From contig JAZDMQ010000163.1 in the NCBI GenBank assembly GCA_043800755.1, forward strand, positions 1-21,416: a DNA stretch of 21,416 nt, read 5' to 3'. The DNA is from a bacterium (GTDB lineage: Bacteria; Methylomirabilota; Methylomirabilia; CAVQYV01). Made by a program: the position numbers and the translations under genes. Position 1 is the first letter of the stretch. Every line of letters starts with the position of its first letter. The notes beneath the pieces are model-generated. The model saw only the letters and a program-made list of their open reading frames with translations. It was not told the origin of the DNA and did not search any database. Shown piece by piece: positions 17,301-21,416 of the stretch.

Positions 17301-17454
17301 CATCGATCTCCCGATCCAAGGCCTCGCAGACCTCCAGGGCCCCCAAGGCCCGGCAGCCCGTCGAACAGACGCGGATCACCCTCTCTCCCCGCGGCCGGGC
17401 TAAAAGCTCCTTTTGCTTTCGATGCAGCTCTTTTATGGAATTTAACCGGTTCAC
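14395..17454 (-). CDS. NuoF/HydB-like FMN/NADH-binding subunit fused to a C-terminal GltD/NfnB-like FAD/NAD(P)H oxidoreductase
   Basis: Thioredoxin-like 2Fe-2S N-terminus, SGLRGRGGAGFPTG, CNADEGDPGAFMDR, GAGAFVCGEETAL, GGPSGGC, ESCGKCVPCRVG...SLCGLG; then CSSACP, CGRACDHPCETFC, IGSGPAG, GIPPYRLP, IGGGNAAID, YRRSREEMPA, AGGD, EARRCLRC. GTGA overlap with the NuoE-like gene. Confidence 0.92.
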   Translation of the reverse strand: MNRLNSIKELHRKQKELLARPRGERVIRVCSTGCRALGALEVCEALDREIDGLGLGDRVQVVRTGCHGLCAGAVAMVIDPRGIFYQNVTPHDVPEIIETTILGGKTIRHLCWSSERQAISRQRDIPFYRRQTRVVLRNCGVVDPRSLEDAVAHGAYLAAADAFSRMPPEGIIAEVIASGLRGRGGAGFPTGRKWEFVRCAAGQPKYIICNADEGDPGAFMDRALLEGDPHLVIEGMIIGAYAIGAAKGFIYVRAEYPIAIEHTEIALDQARQAGLLGEDILGTGFDFDLEIRKGAGAFVCGEETALIASIEGRRGMPRPRPPFPATSGLFGKPSNINNVETWANVPRILEKGAAAYAQIGTEGSRGTKIFALAGKVNNTGLVEVPMGTTLREIIFDIGGGIPHGRRFKAAQIGGPSGGCVPARYLDVPLDYDSVQMIGAIMGSGGLIVMDQATCMVDIAKFFTDFVQSESCGKCVPCRVGTKRMAEILARITAGQAELTEIDQLAQLGEVVREASLCGLGQTAPNPVLSTIRYFRDEYEAHIVEKRCPSHACKSLVSTTCSSACPAHVSVQDYVALVAEGRLAEALEVIRRRNPFPSVCGRACDHPCETFCRRGDLDEPVAIRHLKRFVSDRVREIGAPPKWRGPRQGRVAVIGSGPAGLTAAYFLALMGREVKVYEALDVVGGVLAAGIPPYRLPRQVLQRDIEYIRRAGVEIETGRRIASLRELREANFDAIFVAVGAHQSSRLNIPGEDTQGVQDAVSFLRRINLGELTSLPGRVVVIGGGNAAIDSARTALRLGADSVSLLYRRSREEMPAIREEIEEALLEGVEMQFLVAPIAIEGNGSVRAIRIIEMELGEADESGRRRPIPKPGGEVVMEADQVIVAIGQGPELSFAASDGQLVVAKGRISAHPVTQRSGEGNLFAGGDAVTGPATIIEAIAAGQRAAQAIDLFLGGKGELPPARGFPGRSKPDEQEAAAPRQAIRGTPPRKRKGNFMEIFKGYSLQAACAEARRCLRCDLD

Positions 17455-17960
17455 GATCTCTGGTCCTGAAAGCTTTTGAGGATATTCTCCACGCGCTGCG
17501 GGGTGAGCTTGCCGAAGTACTGGTTATCGATCATCATGGCCGGTGCCAGAAAGCAAGTCCCCAGGCAGGCGACCGTCTCCAGATAAAACCGCATATCCGG
17601 GGTGGTGTGGCCTTCGTTGATGCCCAGGATCCTCTGGACCACATCGATGACTCGCTCCGAGCCCTTGACATGACACGCAGTACCACGGCAGCAGCGGATG
17701 GTGTGCTTCCCCCGGGGCTCGGTGTAGAATTGAGCATAGAAGCTCACGACTCCATAGATTCGGCTGAGGGGAGTCTTGGTGCAGCGGCTGATCTCCCGAA
17801 GGGCCCGGGCCGGGAGGTAGCCGTAACGCTCCTGCACTTCCTGAAGGAGACCAATGAGGTTCCCATCGGGCAACACCTTCAATCGACCGAGAAAAGCCCT
17901 GATCTCCCCCTCCGAAGGTTCCTGAGGGGAGCCATCTGGAGTCCTTTCCCTCTGGTTCAT
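17451..17960 (-). CDS. NuoE/HydC-like [2Fe-2S] subunit of the FDH complex
   Basis: LQEVQERYGYLP, YGVVSFYAQF, CRGTACHVKG, ACLGTCFLAP; ATGA overlap with the upstream ORF. Confidence 0.93.
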   Translation of the reverse strand: MNQRERTPDGSPQEPSEGEIRAFLGRLKVLPDGNLIGLLQEVQERYGYLPARALREISRCTKTPLSRIYGVVSFYAQFYTEPRGKHTIRCCRGTACHVKGSERVIDVVQRILGINEGHTTPDMRFYLETVACLGTCFLAPAMMIDNQYFGKLTPQRVENILKSFQDQRS

Positions 17961-18949
17961 AACTTCCCCTTCTGAGAATATATCGCGAGTGCCATCCCCA
18001 CCGCGGACTCTGGGGTGAGTGAGTGGATATTAATGGAGAAAATGGACGGACTTCCCGGGGCCATCAGCGGACCTCCCCTCCGACGATCTCCGCATACCGA
18101 TGGGGGCATCGTTCTTTCCCGGATCGCCTTGAGATCTCGGGGGGTGTTGACATTCATTAATTGGTCGGCTATCTCCACCGGCGTCTCGATCTCATGGGTT
18201 TGGAGGGATTGTAAAAGGTCAGCTGGGGAAAGGTGACCGGCCTCCAAGGCCCGTTCCACTTCCTGGAGGGCATCAGGCTCATACACCGCCGCCAACGGCT
18301 CAAGGCGACCCGTAGTGGGATTGCCGAGGGCCGAGGTCAGTCGGTCGGGACGGCGGCCCTCCAACAGTAAATCGACGGCCTCTCTGGCCATTCCAGGCAT
18401 GTCGCACGCGAGGACCAGGACCGCACGGGGTTCCCTGGGTCCTTCCAGGGCCACTCCTCCCCCTCTGGCCTTTTCTCCCCGGGCGATCCGTAGGGCGGTG
18501 GCGATGCCTCCCAAGGGGCCATAACCAGGGCGATAATCTGGTCGCCAACCCAAGAATCGAGGCCGTCCGATCCGGGGGGGGGGAGAGCCAATGGCCCACA
18601 CCTCTCCCAGCCGACTCGCTAATAGCTCCGCCGGACAGGACAATACCGACCGGCCCTGAACCCGCATCGCGGCCTTGGGCGCTCCCATGCGTCGACTGAA
18701 GCCCCCCACCAGGATGAGCCCCAAGGAGAAGGCCAGCCCGCCCAGGAGCCGGCTGATCCCAAAACTGAGATTCGGATCGCTGGTGATCAGGGTGGAATAG
18801 AGTGCCCCCAGGCCAATGAATCCGCCCGCCAGAACCCCCAGTCCCATCATCGATAGCAGGGGCAAGCGCGCCTTGGCTACCCCAATCTTCTCGACACGTT
18901 CGGCGATTTCTTTGGGGGAATAGGCATCAAATCCAAAAATTTCCGCCAT
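17957..18949 (-). CDS. mobA: Chimeric ORF: N-terminal 81 aa of a formate/nitrite transporter (FNT) fused in frame to MobA (Moco guanylyltransferase)
   Basis: aa1-81 (DAYSPKEIAERVEKIGVAKA...LAGGFIGLG...LGGLAFSLGLILV) are FNT-like. From aa77 the sequence is MobA-like: LILVGGFSRRMGAPKA, GPLGGIATAL, VLACDMP, EPLAAVY, NVNTPRDL. AAGGAG SD. Confidence 0.8.
   Translation of the reverse strand: MAEIFGFDAYSPKEIAERVEKIGVAKARLPLLSMMGLGVLAGGFIGLGALYSTLITSDPNLSFGISRLLGGLAFSLGLILVGGFSRRMGAPKAAMRVQGRSVLSCPAELLASRLGEVWAIGSPPPRIGRPRFLGWRPDYRPGYGPLGGIATALRIARGEKARGGGVALEGPREPRAVLVLACDMPGMAREAVDLLLEGRRPDRLTSALGNPTTGRLEPLAAVYEPDALQEVERALEAGHLSPADLLQSLQTHEIETPVEIADQLMNVNTPRDLKAIRERTMPPSVCGDRRRGGPLMAPGSPSIFSINIHSLTPESAVGMALAIYSQKGKL
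18707..18949 (-). pseudogene. Truncated formate/nitrite transporter (FocA/FdhC/NirC family) 5' remnant
   Basis: FNT similarity stops exactly before the expected G(A/G)ELFTGN motif; only about 2 of 6 TMs remain. Confidence 0.65.
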
Positions 18950-19051
18950 AGCCCGCTCCTTCTACAAATCGAGGCTCCCCCAGCCAACTGGAGGTGATTG
19001 CTTCCGCCAAAAGGATTTTAAGGATTCCCTCTTCATCACATGGCACCCAAG

Positions 19052-19089
19052 GAAAAGGCACCCGTTCCCCCAAGGCAGCAGGTGCCTCC
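19052..19089 (-). terminator. Possible hairpin/terminator downstream of hppA
   Basis: Minus strand GGAGGCACCTG...CGGGTGCCTTT followed by TCC; stem of about 11 bp including GU pairs, short U tract. Confidence 0.35.
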
Positions 19090-19176
19090 AAACCCCAGCG
19101 TGCTAATGTGAAGATCTCAAATCATTCCGCTCGCTAACCTGGAGGCCTATTGCAGGGATTCCCTCCCCGATGCGCT

Positions 19177-21416
19177 TCACTCCTGGACCACGGCACCCCG
19201 CTTGGACAGGGCCACGGCGATGGCCAAAAGAATGAGACAGATGGCCACGATCACGCCCTTGATCTCCCAGCTCAGGTTGCGGATGGCGAAGGGGGCGATC
19301 AGGATCCCCACCAGGTTCATCACCTTGATCATGGGATTGAGGGCCGGGCCCGCCGTATCTTTGAAGGGGTCGCCCACGGTATCTCCAATGACGCTTGCCT
19401 TGTGGCATTCGGTCCCCTTTCCCCCCAGGAAGCCATCCTCGATCTTCTTCTTGGCATTGTCCCAGATTGCACCGGTGTTGGCCATGAAGACGGCCAGCAA
19501 CTGCCCGGTGAGGATGGCTCCGGCCAAATAGCCCCCCAGCGCTCCAACCCCCAGGGCAAAGGCCACCATGGTCGGCGTGGCGATGGCCAGAATCGCTGGA
19601 CCCAGCAACTCCTTCTGCGCAGTGGCGGTGACGATCTGGACGCAGCGGCCATAATCAGGTTTCTCTTTCCACTCCATAATACCTGGCCTCTCCCTGAACT
19701 GCCGCCTCACCTCCTCCACCACCTGGAAGGCCGAGCGGCCCACCGCTTTCAGGGCGAATGAGGAGAAGAGGAAAGGAACGGCCCCGCCAATCAGAAGCCC
19801 CACGAAGACGGAGGGCAGATTGACCTGGATCCCTACCTCGACCAGCTTCGCCTCGTCGATAAAGGAGCGAAACAGGGCGGTGGCGGCGATGACCGCGGTG
19901 GCAATCGCCAATCCCTTGGTCAAGGCCTTGGTGGTGTTGCCGATGGCATCCAGCCAGGCCACATTCCGGCCAATCTCCCCGGAGGTGACCTCCTTGGTTC
20001 CTGACATCTCGAAGATCCCCATAGCATTATCGGTGATGGGACCATAAGTATCCATGGCTAGGATAAAGCCAGTGGTCGTCAGGAGGCCCAGACCGGCCAG
20101 GGCGATCCCATAAGCCGAGAGGGAGAGGCTTCCATGGAAGATGAGCAGGGAGGCGAGGATCGTCCCGGCGATGGTGACGATGGCCCACACCGTGCTCTCC
20201 AGCCCAACCCCCATCCCGGTGAGGATCATGGTGGCGGGTCCGGTCTTGGTGGCCAATGCCGTTTCGGTGACGGGGACCTTGTCCGGGTGGGTAAAATAGT
20301 TGGTCAGCCACAAGGTGACGATGGCCAGAAAGATGCCGATCGAAGTCGCCCAGAAGAACCTCCAATCTGGGGCCCCCGTCTTGGGATCGACGAGATAGAA
20401 ATAGTTGATGATAGCAAACCCAATGATGGAAACAATGCCCGCAATGATGAAGCCATTGCTGATGGGCCGCATCGGATCCTTCATCGTCTTGCCCCGCACC
20501 CTCACACTCCAGATGCCAATGATCGAGGAGAAGACGCCCGCCGCCCGGACCAGCAAGGGAAAGATGATCAGCTTGAGGGCAAAGTGGGAGGCCTGATCTC
20601 CGTAATAGCCCCGGAATTCCAGATCTGCAAGGCAGGCTGCCGCCAGGATGATGGCCGCCACCAAGGTAACCTCGTAGCTTTCAAAGACATCCGCCGCCAT
20701 TCCGGCACAGTCGCCTACATTGTCCCCCACATTATCCGCAATGACCGCGGCGTTACGGGGATCGTCCTCCGGGATTCCCTTCTCCACCTTGCCGATCAGA
20801 TCTGCCCCCACATCGGCAGCCTTGGTGAATATTCCACCCCCTACCCTCAGGAAAAGGGCTGCGAGACAGCCGCCGAATCCGAACCCCACCAGGACCTTCA
20901 TGGCATTCTCCTGGAAGATCAGAAAGATGATGGTGGCTCCTAAGAGGCCAAAGCCCACGGTGAACATCCCCGAGACGGCCCCCGCCCGGAAGGCCAGCTC
21001 CAGTGCCTCCTTGAAGCTATGCAAGGCTGCATTCGCCGTTCGAGTATTGGCTCTCACCGCCAGCCACATCCCCACATATCCTGCCCCGTAGGAGGCGAAT
21101 ACCCCCATGAGAAAGGCGATGGAGATCCCGAGGGGGATATAGCGCAGCGCTTCCTCCGCGCTATACACATTGCGGTACATGAGAAAGAGGCCGGCCGTGA
21201 TGGCTATCACAAACCAGATCATGGTCTTGAACTGGCGTCCCAGATAGGCCATCGCCCCTTCCTGAATGGCCTGCGAAACCTCCACCATCTTGGAAGAGCC
21301 CGGATCATGGCGCAACACGCGGAAGACCAGGTACAATCCATAACCCAGCGCGATGAAGGCGGAAACCAGGATAAACCACAGGAGCTGCCATTCGGTAGTG
21401 CCCAGGGGGGGCAGGG
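19177..21416 (-). CDS. hppA: Membrane-bound H+-translocating pyrophosphatase, K+-independent type (5' partial)
   Basis: GGGIFTKAADVGADLIGKVEKGIPEDDPRNAAVIADNVGDNVGDCAGMAADVFESY, DTYGPITDNA, GNTTKA, WDNAKK, GDTVGDPFKDTAGP. The frame stays open from 21336 to the window edge. Confidence 0.97.
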   Translation of the reverse strand, partial: LPPLGTTEWQLLWFILVSAFIALGYGLYLVFRVLRHDPGSSKMVEVSQAIQEGAMAYLGRQFKTMIWFVIAITAGLFLMYRNVYSAEEALRYIPLGISIAFLMGVFASYGAGYVGMWLAVRANTRTANAALHSFKEALELAFRAGAVSGMFTVGFGLLGATIIFLIFQENAMKVLVGFGFGGCLAALFLRVGGGIFTKAADVGADLIGKVEKGIPEDDPRNAAVIADNVGDNVGDCAGMAADVFESYEVTLVAAIILAAACLADLEFRGYYGDQASHFALKLIIFPLLVRAAGVFSSIIGIWSVRVRGKTMKDPMRPISNGFIIAGIVSIIGFAIINYFYLVDPKTGAPDWRFFWATSIGIFLAIVTLWLTNYFTHPDKVPVTETALATKTGPATMILTGMGVGLESTVWAIVTIAGTILASLLIFHGSLSLSAYGIALAGLGLLTTTGFILAMDTYGPITDNAMGIFEMSGTKEVTSGEIGRNVAWLDAIGNTTKALTKGLAIATAVIAATALFRSFIDEAKLVEVGIQVNLPSVFVGLLIGGAVPFLFSSFALKAVGRSAFQVVEEVRRQFRERPGIMEWKEKPDYGRCVQIVTATAQKELLGPAILAIATPTMVAFALGVGALGGYLAGAILTGQLLAVFMANTGAIWDNAKKKIEDGFLGGKGTECHKASVIGDTVGDPFKDTAGPALNPMIKVMNLVGILIAPFAIRNLSWEIKGVIVAICLILLAIAVALSKRGAVVQE

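Noticed and set aside
14395..17960. Respiratory complex I (nuoEF) or glutamate synthase small subunit
   Set aside because: No other nuo or gltB genes are present; the context shows FDH partner subunits.
17976..17995. TGGCAC sigma54-like element and ModE-like half site before the NuoE-like gene
   Set aside because: No TTGC at the -12 position and no second ModE half site.
18950..19176. Moco/tungsten-cofactor riboswitch upstream of the FNT::MobA gene
   Set aside because: Only generic hairpins; the conserved elements of that motif were not recognisable.

Overview
GC-rich (roughly 60%) bacterial sequence whose gene content suggests an anaerobe, possibly Desulfobacterota-like; the taxonomy is inferred. 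On the minus strand, from right to left: a 5'-truncated K+-independent H+-pyrophosphatase (hppA), then a formate dehydrogenase cluster. The cluster comprises an in-frame chimera of a formate/nitrite transporter N-terminus with MobA, a NuoE-like subunit, a 1019-aa NuoF/HydB-GltD fusion, a Cys-type FDH alpha subunit and fdhD. A central plus-strand block encodes an EmrA/EmrB-type efflux pair, a secreted cupredoxin-fold protein lacking copper ligands and a TlpA-like thioredoxin. The left minus-strand block encodes an Nramp-like transporter without DPGN, a DUF3842 protein, CooT and a Zrg-like metal ABC module (ATPase, FtsX/MacB-type permease, His-rich exported protein, DUF3299 protein), followed by an exported CxxC/HEAT-repeat protein. 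The most notable items are the FNT::MobA junction at a shared GLILV motif, a possible NAD/NADP-coupled FDH complex carrying bifurcating-type motifs, and the CooT-linked Zrg-like module. No RNA genes, CRISPR arrays or mobile elements were recognised. All family calls come from motif recognition, not database searches.
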